DNA of 64,000 bases from the NCBI GenBank assembly GCA_951406725.2, contig OX597819.1, forward strand, positions 84,506,001-84,570,000, written 5' to 3'. Made by a program: the position numbers and the translations under genes. The notes beneath the pieces were generated by a model. That model saw only the letters and a list, made by a program, of their open reading frames with translations, was not told where the DNA came from and made no database searches. The DNA comes from Octopus vulgaris (taxonomy: Eukaryota). Below, piece by piece: positions 41,609 to 54,737 of this stretch (the stretch's first letter is position 1; each line of letters opens with the position of its first letter).

Positions 41609-44600
41609 TTCCTAGTCATTTCAAGAATACTAGAATGATCTTTGCTCTTCTATTTTTCTATATCTGATTTGTTGACTTGATTCTTGTTAACTATTTTTCT
41701 AACTTGATATTGTTTTCAGGCTTAATTTTTTTTATTATTGTGAATTTGAACTGCTTGCTTCTACTCATTTTTTTTTTTTTAAGATAAGAATGAAAATTTT
41801 TTTTTTAGTTTTACTGCATGAGGATAAACATATTTGTATTGCTGTATGATTTAAAAAAAAACAAACTTATTAGTCTGGAATTTTTGACTTGTTGTTTGCA
41901 CCAATCTATAACACATTTTGTATTGTATGTAGACCACAACTCATTTTAGTTAATATATATCAGTCAAGTCTCACCTCTACCACTTCATTTCTACTCCATG
42001 TAGCATTTTGTGTGAGAGAAAAACTCTATAACTTTAATCTCAGAAGAAATGGTGTAATCTGGAGAAAAGGAATTATTTCCTCATTATTTTTATCACTTTT
42101 ATCTTTCAGTCTTCTGGTGATTGTGTATTTTTGTGGTAGGAAAGATTATCACAGTTTAGAAGGTAGCAACAATGCTAGGAATAAATAAATATCAAGAGGA
42201 TCTTGTTTAGAGTTCAAGAAATCTGTCTCAGCTTGTGTGTGTGTGTGTGTTGCAATATATATTTTGGTTCTTTATATGTTGAATGTGTTCAACATATATT
42301 CATAGTCTCATGTGCATTTTTTTGAAACCAAGTCAGTTGCTAGTGACTGACTTTTAGTTAAAGCCAGTATTGAAGGTAGATTGAGAAAATTTATTAAGAA
42401 TATAATTTTAAACTATAGAGGCTAGTTTGATTTAGGTTTTTTTGTTTTAGGCTTTTTTTCTTTTTTTTTAATTAAAAAAAATGATGGTACTTCAAATATT
42501 CAAAGATAAATATCTCAGTGGTGGCAAAAATTTAAACATAGAATATATTCAGTATATATTTCTTTTTTGTTTAAAGAGCAAGGAATAACATGCCTAATAA
42601 TAATCAGAAATTAACAACAAAGTAAAAATTTATATCCTCTCACCAACATTTCATTGTACCCTTTGGTGAAAGCAGGTTGCTTTTTAATTCATAAGAATAG
42701 CTTAATTTTAAAATTCAATCTCTATTATGTGATCTTAAGAAAAGAAAATAAGAATCTAACGCAATTAAAAGCTTAAAGACTAGCCATTGCTGAAGTGTGT
42801 TCCATTAATATATAGAAGTTACCTGCTATTTTCAAGAGGGGGCCAATTATAACTTTTCATATATTATTTTTAAAAATATCTTAATATATTTTGTGAAAAA
42901 TAGTGTCCTTGGTTATGTTTCTAACAAACCAACCATTCATTCAATGGCAAAATGTTTTTCAAAGAGCCAGTCATGTCAAATTCTGTGTCACACTGAGTCT
43001 ACCTGAGAGCTATATTAAGGGTATGTGTGTCTGAGTGCTCAACCACTTGCATGGTTAATTTCTCGAGCAGGCTCTTCTGTTGATTGGAACAATTGGAACC
43101 CTTGTCATCGTAACCAATGGAGTGCCTATTTTCTTTTTATATGGTGGAGTATGTGACAAGGAGCATCTGTACAATGTGCTGAACAAACACTAAAAAGCAT
43201 TTTTATTTGAAAGTACCAACTTATTAATTTTCTTACCAATGTGTACATTGCCAAAAAGTACTCAGTATACACATGACAGGCATCTGTGTATTTTTCCACA
43301 TACTTTTTTTATTCATAATGCATTGATTACCCAAAAGTTATGGCTGAAGATGCATTACATGCCCAAAGTATAGTCATGTGGTTGCAAAGCAACAACCATT
43401 CCTAAGAATTCCAGGATATTAATTACTCCAAAATAACTGAAATATGTTTTTGGTTCTGACTGATGTTGAGAATATGAGATTTTAATTAGTAAACATAGGA
43501 TGGCAAGTATGCTAAGTATTCATTAGATTTATTCACTTATATAGTAAAAAGACAAAAATATTCTTGCATTTCTTCACCAGTCTCTCTGGGGGGAAAAAAA
43601 CCCCTCTTTGCACACATATTCACAGTCATTTCTAAATCTTCAGGAGTGACTAGATAAGCATGCAAGTCACGAAATTCTCATACAATATCATCACAGTAGA
43701 AAGATTGCATATCTAAAATGTATATATTCACAAATAGGAGTAGCAAGCCAATTTTAAATGTAATCTGTTTATCTACTTAGAAAGCTTGATGACAGTCTCT
43801 TTTACAAGTTGAAATAGCTAACTTCAATAATACTTGTAGCATAATATGTTTTTAATATATTTTTCAACATCAAAATTCTCTTGTTTACCTAAACTTCATA
43901 TTGGTTGTTATTTGAGATCTTTTGGTTAAACAAATTCTAAATACTAAAGCTGATGCTACAAGAAAACAAGTTAGCTTTAAATTATTGAAATATCTTAAAT
44001 TCAACAGTAGTTTGCTTTATATATATAAATAAATAAGGACTCATTATGCATATCATTTTCTAGTAGAATTCTTACTGAATACATCAGGCACAGTGCTTAT
44101 GAGGTTTAGTTGAAGGACTACTTCATATGGTCACAAGTACAAGCTTTATTACAACCACTGTGTTTGTATATTTAGCTAAGACATAAAACTTAGTTTTCAC
44201 CTTTCCACATGATTGTGAAATAGCTTCCACTTCTACTTCACAGTCATTGTCGATTGGCGATACTGTTGTAAAAATTAATTCTCCAGCAGTATGCAGATGT
44301 CTAAATTTGTAAAAATGTATATCATTTATGATAGCATATAAAAAAAAATAATTATAAATTTTAACAAAACTATCAAAAGAAACATGATCCAGTCTTTGTT
44401 TCTGTTTAGTATATAATCAAAATTTGTTCCTAAGCAATTCTTTATTCATCATATCAGTCAGCATTTCTTAAAATCAACCTCACTAATTATCTAAATATCT
44501 CATTAGCAGTATGACATTTAAAAAAAAATGAAAACCTCAAACATTCATCAAGCTTATCTTTATCTTTTTGATTTAGAGAAAACCATTATAACTATGCGAT

Positions 44601-44641
44601 CCAGTCTATTTAGTATTGTTCATTCTATTTTTTTTTTCAAG

Positions 44642-44668
44642 TCTACTAAAAGGAAAGGCACTGAGCAG
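44642..44668 (+). CDS. Candidate 27-nt microexon of WDR7 (N-LLKGKALS-S/R)
   Basis: Poly-T tract, tcaag|TCTACTAAAAGGAAAGGCACTGAGCAG|gtaagg; length divisible by 3 and open in phase 2, matching the exon 7 donor. Confidence 0.5.
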
Positions 44669-44996
44669 GTAAGGAAACTTCTTGATTGGGTCTATATCAC
44701 TATCACTCTGTTCTTCTCATTTCTTCGCTCCTGTTCAATAGCTTTCTTTGAAATGACTTGCGATTTTTCTGGATGTGTGCAGCATTGCTCAAAAGTGTCT
44801 AGCTTTTGAAACAAGATGTTTTAAAGGGGTCAGCCCTTGTTGTGGTACTATAGACACTTGTTTGCTAATGATGATGAGGAGGAGGATAGCAGAAGAGATA
44901 ATAATAATATTTATAATTATTTATTAGTAATAATAATGAATGATATTAATTGTAGTAATATTATTATTAGTAAAAATAGTAATAATAGTTATTTTC

Positions 44997-45024
<28 letters not shown>

Positions 45025-45029
<5 letters not shown>

Positions 45030-45133
45030 GGATTGAGGTAACTCCTCCTGAAGATATAGAGTCAAAATTAAAATGGCACTCCTCTTTTAATTTTGACTCT
45101 ATATCTTCAGGAGGAGTTACCTCAACCCTTTAT
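45025..45133. repeat. Hairpin: 49-nt arms, one mismatch, 11-nt loop, within an (AAT)n-flanked insert
   Basis: ataaaggattgaggtaactcctcctgaagatatagagtcaaaattaaaa and its reverse complement at 45085-45133. Confidence 0.9.
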
Positions 45134-45249
45134 ATATAAACCAAAAAGGAAGTAGATTGACAAATTTATTTTTTGAACCAGTTGAAGACACACAAGATGT
45201 CGAAATATCATTCACTAGATAACAATGGCACTCTTCTTTTAATTTTGAT

Positions 45250-45297
<48 letters not shown>

Positions 45298-45509
45298 GCA
45301 ATAACACTTTATATTAGGTTTAAATCTTTGGAAAGTTCTTCATTTCATTATGAGAAAAGGTTTTTAACAAATATATTCTAATAATATTTTTCAAGTTTAA
45401 TGATTTTTTTTTCTTTTGAAGTTCAATTAGTTAAAAAAGATTTTCTTTTCTGTTGCTCAGTAGTTGTGAGATGAGAATAAAACAAGCTAAAGTGTGTGTG
45501 TGTGTGTGT

Positions 45510-45541
<32 letters not shown>

Positions 45542-45689
45542 TCTGTTAAGATATCTATACCACCACATGGATTATACTCTATCTAAGGCAAAAGGAGGCA
45601 TTACTTTTCATTAACTGATGTAGGTTGTTTGAATTACACATGTTGGGAGAGTAATTATTTCTATATATAAAAGTACTACTCTACATAGT

Positions 45690-46703
45690 TTCCATCACAT
45701 ATTTATACTATCATTGAACCCATCTTTTGAATCTGTTTTGAGAAAAATCTGGGTGTACACTGTTGTACTCAGTCCTTCACAGCTGGTTTCACCTCATCTG
45801 TCTCATCAAATTGTTGTCCCTGAAGACTGTCCTTCATTGAACTAAAGAGGTAGAAGTCTGAGGGAACCAAATCCAGATTATTTGGCGATGAGATACCACT
45901 GACCAACCTAGTTTTTTGTTAGCAAGTGATTCAAAAAGCTTACTATTCATGATACAACTACATTCCAGAAAATCAAGGGAAACAGTATCCTTGTTACCAA
46001 AATCTATCACCATGATTTTCTGTCCCTTAAACTCCTTAAACCTTGGAGAAGAGATGTGGTACTATTTCATAGACTTAGCTTTAATTTCCTGATTATTGAG
46101 ATACACTGATGTTTCAGTTCCTTAGACTAGAAAAAACAAAAAAAATATTTGTTTTCAAACACTTTCAGCAGATTTCCACCCTTCTCTCCTTCATTTTGGG
46201 TATCAACTGCCAAGGTACCCACTTTGCACACACTTTCTGGTACCCAATTCTGTAGCATGTTCCATAATGATTTGTGACTGCAGTTCACTTGTGTTCATAT
46301 ATTGTGAGTCATTTGTCATATGAATCAATTCATCCATGTGCTGAGGATCCCTGTCAGTGGGTGTGGATGATATTCTCCCACTGCATGGCTTGTCTTTAAT
46401 ACTGGTTTTCCCTTCTTTAAACTTTGTCATCCATTTGTTCACATTACTCCTGTCCCTAATGTCATATCCACAAACAACCCGTCATGTTCTGTCAGTGTTG
46501 GATAGCTTAAAACCCACCTTTTTCAAGAACTCATTGATGGCACTTTGGTTCTTCCTGAAACCCATTATTTGCCTGCAATGAAGAAGAGAAGTTACTACAG
46601 AGGAAAAGATACTCTATCAACACATGCAATTTGGATGACCTGTCTCAGTTTATAAAATGTTATGTCTCCTTTTACATTACTTTTGGTACAACCATCATAG
46701 ATT
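45690..46703 (-). mobile_element. Mariner transposon remnant
   Basis: KWMTKFKEGKTSIKDKPCSGR, AKWVP and SDFYLFSSMKDSLQGQQF motifs with many disruptions; boundaries approximate. Confidence 0.8.
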
Positions 46704-49071
46704 ATGCGTTAGATCACTAATGATTCAATTAAACTGAGCTTTTCTTTTTTTTTCTTTTCTCTGGTCTGCTGCTTGTGTTTGCTATGACTTCTATTTCTTA
46801 AATTACTTTTTTAAAAATACATTTCTCTAACATTTAGAAAATGGTTATTTTATTTATGCTCATTTATTTCAATGACTAGTAGCAAAAGTATTTATGTTAA
46901 TATTTTTACACCACTGAATTACAAATACATGGTAACTTATCCTGTTATGTTTGGGTTCCAGTGTGGAAGAGGAACGAAAACAGTAATTACCATTTTAAAA
47001 AAAGGTTGATCATTCTGTATTCTGTTAGCTCTGGAGAGTAGCTTCAGTATAGTTATAAAGGAAATGAATGAAAGGAAAGCAGGGATAGTTGTTGAGGTGC
47101 TAAAAAAATATTAGATCATGTTAATCATATATGTTTGTTATTCAGTTAAGTGGTGCAGGAAAGTGTTACTCTCTATGGCTGGTGTAGCACTATCGTTGTA
47201 AACAGAATCATGGGAAAAGAAGAAAGGAGTGACTGCTGTCATTTGAAACTAACAAAGCTTGTCTTGAAAGTAGCTGAGGGAGTTTTTATTAAAGTTAGTT
47301 AGGATTAGAGTTAGTCTTGATACAGTACAGTTTGACATATACCAGGGCATGGAACGACAGATTCTGTATTTTTAATGAAACACTGCATGAGCAGTACTTA
47401 GTTAAAAACAAGCCATTCTACTTTGTGTAAGTTGATATACAGAAGGCTTTTAACAGGGTACTTTTCTCTGTATTTTAGTGAGTTCTAAGGAAATTAGTGT
47501 AGGATAGTGGCTTGTGAGATCTGTACAATTTATATAAAAGGATACTCTTAGGAAAGTTAGGTTTCATAAGAAGTTTAGCAAGAAATTTGACGTATAAGTA
47601 GATGCCCATCAGAGTTCCATTCTCATCACTTTTAGTCATTATAATCCATAGGAAGGGTTGTTCTTGGAAACTTTTATATGTTAAGGAGCATGTTTTTGCT
47701 GCAGATTCAGTCAAAGAGTTGCGAAAAGTTCATACTGAAAGCACGATATTGAGGCCAAAAACCTCAATGCCAGTGTGTCAAAAACCAAATCCAATGTTAA
47801 ATGGAATTGGTCTTATTTGATTTATACAAAATGGCCTGATAAAACTCCATACTGTGAACTCAATGCAAAGAAGAGGTACGTTAAAAGTGCAATGAGGAGA
47901 CAAAGAAATACAACTTCAAATGTGATAGCTGCGAAGGAGTGTTTAGAAGCAGTGGAACCCAAGAAATAAAATCAGTGGACTGATCAGATGGTTTATTAGA
48001 TATATGTATTGGTTTCTGTTATCTAGGAGGCCTAACTATTGTGAGAGACGGATGTAGTGTCTGTATAGTAGCTAGAGTAAGACAGAGTGCATTAAATGTA
48101 AGTAGCTGTTGCTTTTATTGGCAACAAAATGTTGTTTATGTGTGAAAGTCAGACTGTATGAAGCAGGTGTAAAAATGTGTATCTGCATGGGGAAGATTTG
48201 CAGAGGTTGGGGTAAAATGAAGGAGGTATACTCTCTTACATGTGTATTGCTTGCATGAATGCAAAGCTGAACACCTGTGAAATGAGAGAGACTAAACTGT
48301 AAAGGAGAGGCAACTGTGCTGGTATTAATATTTGATATTATGAAATAGCAGTGTCTTGGACGGAAAAAAATGCCATGTTTTGTCAGTAGAAGGTCCCCTG
48401 TGGAAGAGAATGTGTGGGAAGAGTAAACTCAGATTCCAGGATACCAGTCTTCACAGACAAGTTGATGAAAGACCATGATTAGCAATACACTGTTTGGCAG
48501 GCTTGTCTAAATCACATCAGCATAGAAAACTGAGCATTAAAATTATGATGATGTAAGATATAATTTTGCTCACTAGCAGTTTTTTTTTTTATTGTTATTA
48601 TTATTATTCAGATACTTTTATTTTGTTTATGTCCATTTCTGTTCTTTGTCCTGCTGGTGGTAAAGGAGTGTGTGGTTATGTGCTTACTATATAAACTTGT
48701 TTGTGCTGTGGAATGTGGTGTTGGCATGTAGCTTCTTCTGTGTAACTTCTGTTCTGTTTTGTTCTTTATATCTACAGAATGCATCCATTTCAGTCTCTTC
48801 CTTTGTGATCAGTTATTTCTTTAGTTCAAGAGAAAGTCAGAATTATATCTCTTCATTTTCACATTCAGCTATATGTGTTCCAGTTGAGTAAACTTACACC
48901 TTTTACCTCTTTTCAGGAGCATAATGTATTTTTCACTAAACATGACAGTAAACATTTCTAAATACTTAACTTTTAATGACATGCTATTCTAATGGATGGA
49001 CAATCTATATTCTAAAGCATTTTGCTGGCAGCAAAGTTCACTAAATTTGTAGTCAACTCCATATTATTATT

Positions 49072-49978
49072 GCTATTGAGTGAGAGAGCAGCGCATGCCA
49101 TCAAAGTGACACTGGGGTCAAATATATGAAGCCCATATACTCATATATACTCATCATGATCACCCATCTGATAAGAGTACACCAGGCACATGCATGACAT
49201 GATGATTTCATATAAAGATAAGCAATGCATGACCTTGCAGGTGGGGCCTAGTTAGGATTTTTTTCAGGTCGAGTAGCCCATCCCACTCAAAAGGTCCCTG
49301 AATAAGGGTTGTTTAAGGATGTTGAATGAAACGTCCATGTTTCCAAGGGTGAATTATTCAAACCCCAAAGAATTCCTCTTGACATATGGCTATCATGCTC
49401 CCCTACTACTTCTGATCACGACCAAAGATGCACATATTGTCAGCCACCAAGCGACATGCTCAACTGGTTATGGTCAAACAACTGTTAAACAAATCTGTGG
49501 TACTGAGCAGAATATTTGATGTAGCAAGACGTAAAACATGTACATGATAACTCTTCCAATCAGCTGAGATCAGAAGCCATGAGAGCCACTACCTGGTATT
49601 GCATCAGAGCATTTATTATTTTTATTATTATTGAGTAGGAGAGCAGTGCATGCCATCAAAGTGACACTGGGGTAAAATATATTAAGCCCAGCATACCCAT
49701 CATGACTACCCGTCTGATACGGATACCCTAGGCACATGCATCACAACCATATGTGCATAACATGGTGATCTCATATCAAGATAAATAGCACATGACCTTG
49801 CAGGTGGGGCCCAGTTAGAATTTTCTTCTGGTCGAGTAACCCATCCCGCTCATGATCAGAGATGTACATATCATCAGCCACTAAGGGACATGCCCAACTG
49901 ATTATGGTCAAACAATTGACAAGCAAATCTGTGGTATTGAGCAGAATATTTGCTGTAGCCCATCTTTTATACCAAGAC
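49072..49978. repeat. Unclassified ~540-bp interspersed repeat, two tandem copies in (ATT)n (others near 31745-32146 and inverted near 63465-63620)
   Basis: Shared gcatgccatcaaagtgacactgggg ... caagcaaatctgtggtattgagcagaatatttg blocks. Confidence 0.75.
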
Positions 49979-49995
49979 TATTAATATTATTATCA

Positions 49996-50036
<41 letters not shown>

Positions 50037-50759
50037 GTTATTATTATTATTTAGGTGGTGAGCTGGCAGAATTATTAGTGCATCAGAAAAATGCTTAATA
50101 ACATTTCTCCTAGCTCTTTTATGTTCTGAGTTCAAGCGTTGCTGAGGTTGACATTACCTTTAATCCGTTCAAAGTTGATAAAATAAGTACCAGTCAAGCT
50201 TCTCACCAAACCTAACTGGGATTGATGCAATCAACCTCCCTTCCCATCAAAACTATTGAGTTTATGCCAAAATTTGAAAGAATTATAGTAATTATCATTT
50301 GAAAAGGTGGTGAACTAGCAGAATTATTAGCATGTCAGGAAAAATACTTCGCAGCATTTCTTCTGGTTCTTTATGTTTTGAGTTCAAATCCTGCTGGCGT
50401 CTACTTTGCCTTTCATCCTTTCATGATTGATAAAAAAAATACCAATTGAGCAAATGGGTCAATGTAATCAACTTGTCCCTCCCTTCGAATTTCCCAGCCT
50501 TGTGCAAGAATTAGAAAAAAAATTATTATTATTATTTTTTGTGCCAGTCCCAACAATATATGACTATACTCCAACTGAATAAACATTCACAATGTATAAA
50601 TATTTGTCGTTAACAACAATGTATGCTCAAAGTAATTATCATTTCTATCTAAAACTGTAAAGTTATGTGTTTGATCGGAGTTATAGATAATTTCCTATTT
50701 GTCATAAATGACATGTTTATTGGTAATTAACTGTGACTTTTTGAGAAATCCTAAGTTTG

Positions 50760-51420
50760 TCCATTAGGATTTAACAGAAAAGACTTGATGATTCAGTAAA
50801 ATAGTTTGATTAGGATGCATTTTCATATTTTTTCACAGGTGTATACTCAGAATTGGTCCTTTCACACTAACCATTTTCCCAACATTCACCCACCTTTTAA
50901 CAAATTTGCTAGAAGGCAACACCCTCACTTCCTTTCTCAAGTGAATCTTGAAAAAGTTGATGAGGTCTTGACCAAAGACGAAAGTGCCTGTCTTTAGCCC
51001 TTTCAAATATGTCCACCCCACTACCTCTTTTGCTACAGCCACCAGACAAATAAAAATTGCCTGCCCCTCCCGGTTAAAGGAGGGCAGTGGGGTAATCTTC
51101 ACTATGGATTCAGCTTATAGCAGGATCCATCCTGCACGTGACAGCAGCTGTTCGACATAAACTCACAAGTCAGTAAAGCTTGGGTGCTGGACGAGAGCAT
51201 ACAGAATGGTTTTGCCGCTCTGTGGGCACCTTGGGCAGGCTCAGCTGACAGCACTTCCATGTCTGTAAAGTTTATCCTTGGTAGCACTACTAGGCGAGGG
51301 ATTCCTGGAAATTCTCCATAGGCCCCAGTCCAAAAGTCCTCCAGAACAGACCAGTCAGTTGATTTTGTTGACACCCAGAGTATCCCTGAGAACATCATCA
51401 CACTTTTCCTCCACTAACCC
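50760..51420 (-). mobile_element. Tx1/L1-clade LINE ORF2 3' fragment
   Basis: DKLYRHGSAVS*ACPRCPQSGKTILYALVQHP (decayed zf-RVT-type knuckle) followed by AKEVVGW...FVKRW; several stops; GC-rich relative to flanks. Confidence 0.7.
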
Positions 51421-52037
51421 TCTGTAGAACACTATAATAAGGTGAGCTGGCAGAATCATTAGTACACTGGCTGGAATATTTAGCAGTATCTTGTCTGCCG
51501 TTATGTTCTGGGTTCAAATTCTGCTGGGGTCAACTTTGACTTTCATCCTTTTGTAGTCAGTTAAATAAGTACCAGTGAGACACTAGAGTTGATGTAACTG
51601 ACTTACCCCTCCCCCCAAATTTCAGGCCTTTAGTAGAAAGGATTATTATTATTATTATTGTTGTTATTACCAAAACCAATAGTGCTGATTTAAAAATTTA
51701 ATGTTGCACTGTTCCAGACTGTAAACTAAGTGTTTTATAATGTATTCTGACTTTAAAATCTTCCCAGTTTAATGTATTTTAGCTCCCTTATACGAGTAAA
51801 CAAATAGTAAATATAATTGGGATACTTCAATTGCGAGAGAGAGAGAGAGAAAAGGAGTTCATCCTAATTAAACTAAATTACTGAATCATCAAGTCTTTTC
51901 TGATAAAACCAAGGTCAATAAATAGAAAAATTTAGGTCTTTCCATAAAGTGTTCGTTAATTACCAATAAAAATGTCATTCATGGCAAATAATCATTCAAC
52001 TATTTTGAGCATGTGTTCTGCTATTACCCCACACTTT

Positions 52038-52098
<61 letters not shown>

Positions 52099-52103
52099 GT
52101 ATA

Positions 52104-52136
<33 letters not shown>

Positions 52137-52274
52137 TAAGAGAGTGGTCACTATATGGCTCACTCTAGCACTAGTTAATCCAAAAGGTTTCAACCACAAA
52201 AATACATGTTTCCCATGAAAGTCAGTACGATTGTTAGCTCACACGAACAGGGCTAATAAAAAATAACAAAAATA

Positions 52275-52370
52275 CAGATTATTTTGGGACAATTGTTTCG
52301 CTATTAATGAATTAAATGTAATTTTACTTACAAAAAAATCCACTTGTAGCTCCTCAGCCAAAACTATCTG
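52275..52370 (-). ncRNA. Minimal type I hammerhead ribozyme, copy 1
   Basis: Minus strand reads CAGAUAGUUUUGG-CUGAGGA-GCUA-(43 nt)-UAGC-GAA-ACAAUUGU-C^CCAAAAUAAUCUG. Full core, 13-position stem I (one mismatch, one GU), 4-bp stem II, palindromic stem III, GUC triplet; predicted cut between 52288 and 52287. Confidence 0.8.
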
Positions 52371-52807
52371 GATGAAATCCACTCAATCACACGTCAGATT
52401 TTACCATAACGATAAATACACGTGTGGTTCAATTGATTACATCCGACGTTATAATTCAAATGCCCCTACTAACAGCGCGCCAAACTTTCACGGGAACAAA
52501 TACTACATTTAGAAGTAAATGTAGCATAATTATAATTAATTAATAAGGGTGAGAGAATTAGATACTAATTTAATAGTATATCTATTCAACACCAAGTGGC
52601 CCAGTGCTCCGAGAAACCTGGATTATTATAATATTTTGTAATATATTATAATATTTTATACAAAAATAAATATAAGAGAGTGGTCACTATATGGCTCACT
52701 CTAGCACTAGTTAATCCAAAAGGTTTCAACCACAAAACATGTTTCCCATGAAAGTCAGTACGATTGTTAGCTCACACGAACAGGGCAAATAAAAAATAAC
52801 AAAAATA

Positions 52808-52903
52808 CAGATTATTTTGGGACAATTGTTTCGCTATTAATGAATTAAATGTAATTTTACTTACAAAAAAATCCACTTGTAGCTCCTCAGCCAAAACTAT
52901 CTG
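52808..52903 (-). ncRNA. Minimal type I hammerhead ribozyme, copy 2
   Basis: Identical sequence to copy 1, 533 nt away; predicted cut between 52821 and 52820. Confidence 0.8.
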
Positions 52904-52982
52904 GATGAAATCCACTCAATCACACGCCAGATTTTACCATAACGATAAATACACGTGTGGTTCAATTGATTACATCCGACGT

Positions 52983-53013
<31 letters not shown>

Positions 53014-53123
53014 ATATAATATATAATATATATATATATAATATAATATATATAATATATAATATAATATATAATATATATATATATAATATAATATATA
53101 TATATATATATATATCATTTTAT

Positions 53124-53255
53124 TAAAAGAGCTGCTAATAGTTTCATGCTTTTATGATACTTTAACTAGGCCTATTTATAAAATACGCCATGTATCTCCA
53201 AGCTATCTTTCAGTTAAAGTATCCTAAAAACATGAAACCATTAGTAGCTCTTTTA
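53124..53255. repeat. Imperfect inverted repeat (44-nt arms, 44-nt spacer)
   Basis: taaaagagctgctaatagtttcatg...tttaact versus agttaaag...catgaaaccattagtagctctttta. Confidence 0.8.
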
Positions 53256-53344
53256 GTATATGTATTTAATTGATATCTATCTCTCACTGGATAGAGTACT
53301 TTTTTTTTTTGTTGATTCTACTTCTACCTATATTGCATCTATAA

Positions 53345-53375
<31 letters not shown>

Positions 53376-53624
53376 AGGGAGAATTCATGAAAAAAACAAA
53401 AGACGAAGACAGGTGGTGTAGAAAACAAACATATGTATTAATATAACGCTTGGGAATTGAAAAAGTCTTTTACGTTTCGAGCCGACACTCTTCCACAGAA
53501 ATAAGCAAGGAGAGAAAAAAAATGTGTGTAGTGGCTACCGATCTATCATATAAAATATATGTGTGTGTTGTGAATTTCCTTTTGGGTAGTGTGTAAATCT
53601 TAAATGGCTGGGACTGTCACTATC

Positions 53625-54456
53625 AATAATAATCCTTTCTACTATAGGCACAAGGCTTGAAATTTTGGGGAAGGGAGCAAGTCAATTACATCAACCCCAG
53701 TGTGTGACTGGTAATTATTTCATCATACCCAAATGGATGAAAAGTAAAGTTAACCTCAGCAGAACAATAATAATAATAATAATAATAATCCTTTCTACTG
53801 AAGGCACAAAGCCTGAAATTTGGTGGAACGAGGCTAGTTGATTACATTAACTTCTAGTGCTTGACTGGTACTTATTTTATCAACCCAGAAAGGCAAAGTT
53901 GACCTCAATGAGATTTGAACTCAGAACATAAAGACAGATGAAATGCCTCTAAGCATGTTACTCAGTGTGCTAACGATTCTGCTACTCACTGCCTTAATAA
54001 TAATAATAATCCTTTCTACTACAAGGCCTGAAGTTTTTTGGCAGGAGGGGAGTAATCAATTAAATCAACCCCAGTGTTTCACTGGTACTTAATTTATCAA
54101 CCCTAAAAGGATGAAAGCAAAGTCAACTTCAGTAGAATTTGAACCCAGAATGTAGTGACGGGCGGAATACCACTAAGCATTTCATCCAGCATGCTAATGA
54201 TTCTGTCAGCTCACCACCTTAATAATGATAACAAGAATAATGGTGATTTCAAATTTTTTGCCACAAGAGCAGCTTGAGGGAAGGGATTAAGTCGATTACA
54301 TCGACCCCCAGTGCGTAACTGGTACTTATTTAATCGACCCTGAAAGGATGAACGGCAAAGTCGACCTCAGTGGAATTTGAACCCAGAACATAGTGACGGG
54401 TGACATAATGCTAAACATTTCGTCCAGCATGCTAATGATTCTGCCAGTCTGCCATC

Positions 54457-54460
<4 letters not shown>
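53625..54460 (-). mobile_element. Tandem cluster of four SINE family B copies separated by (AAT)n
   Basis: Repeated ...aaaggatgaaaggcaaagtcgacctc...gaatttgaac units. Confidence 0.8.
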
Positions 54461-54491
<31 letters not shown>

Positions 54492-54737
54492 TATATTTAA
54501 AATAATTGAAAGAAACACAGATCATCTCAAAATAAATATGGTATCAAAAGGGTTAAGCATGTTTTTTTCTAAGTGCATGTTCTAACTAAAAGTAATTAAT
54601 TGTCTAACATATGTGCTGAATTTGTTTCTGCAATATACTTTTTGCTGATGCAAAGTTTATAAATTGAAAAGAAAAAAAGTTTTATTTTTTTTATCATATT
54701 CTTAAATATACCAGTCACTTAGAAAAAAATATTTATC

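Larger units (their letters stand above)
52128..52986 (-). mobile_element. Non-coding element with direct repeats (52128-52453, 52664-52986), each carrying a hammerhead; retrozyme / Penelope-like pseudo-LTR structure
   Basis: The repeats differ by a 3-nt indel and 2 substitutions as read by eye; ~210-nt unique spacer; (TA)n microsatellite on both flanks. Confidence 0.65.

Noticed and set aside
42110-42162. YFCGRKDYH faintly resembles WDR7 FFYGCREYFH
   Set aside because: Flanking conserved motifs (CPP, LL.GD..G) are absent and the length breaks frame; likely chance.
43338-43378. CUGAAGA-U-GCA...UGC-ccaaa-guauag-UC hammerhead-like string
   Set aside because: GAAA is broken and stem I is not supported; at best a very old relic.
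47000-48500. Slightly GC-richer stretch with short ORFs
   Set aside because: Probably an old LINE remnant, but no diagnostic motif could be read confidently.
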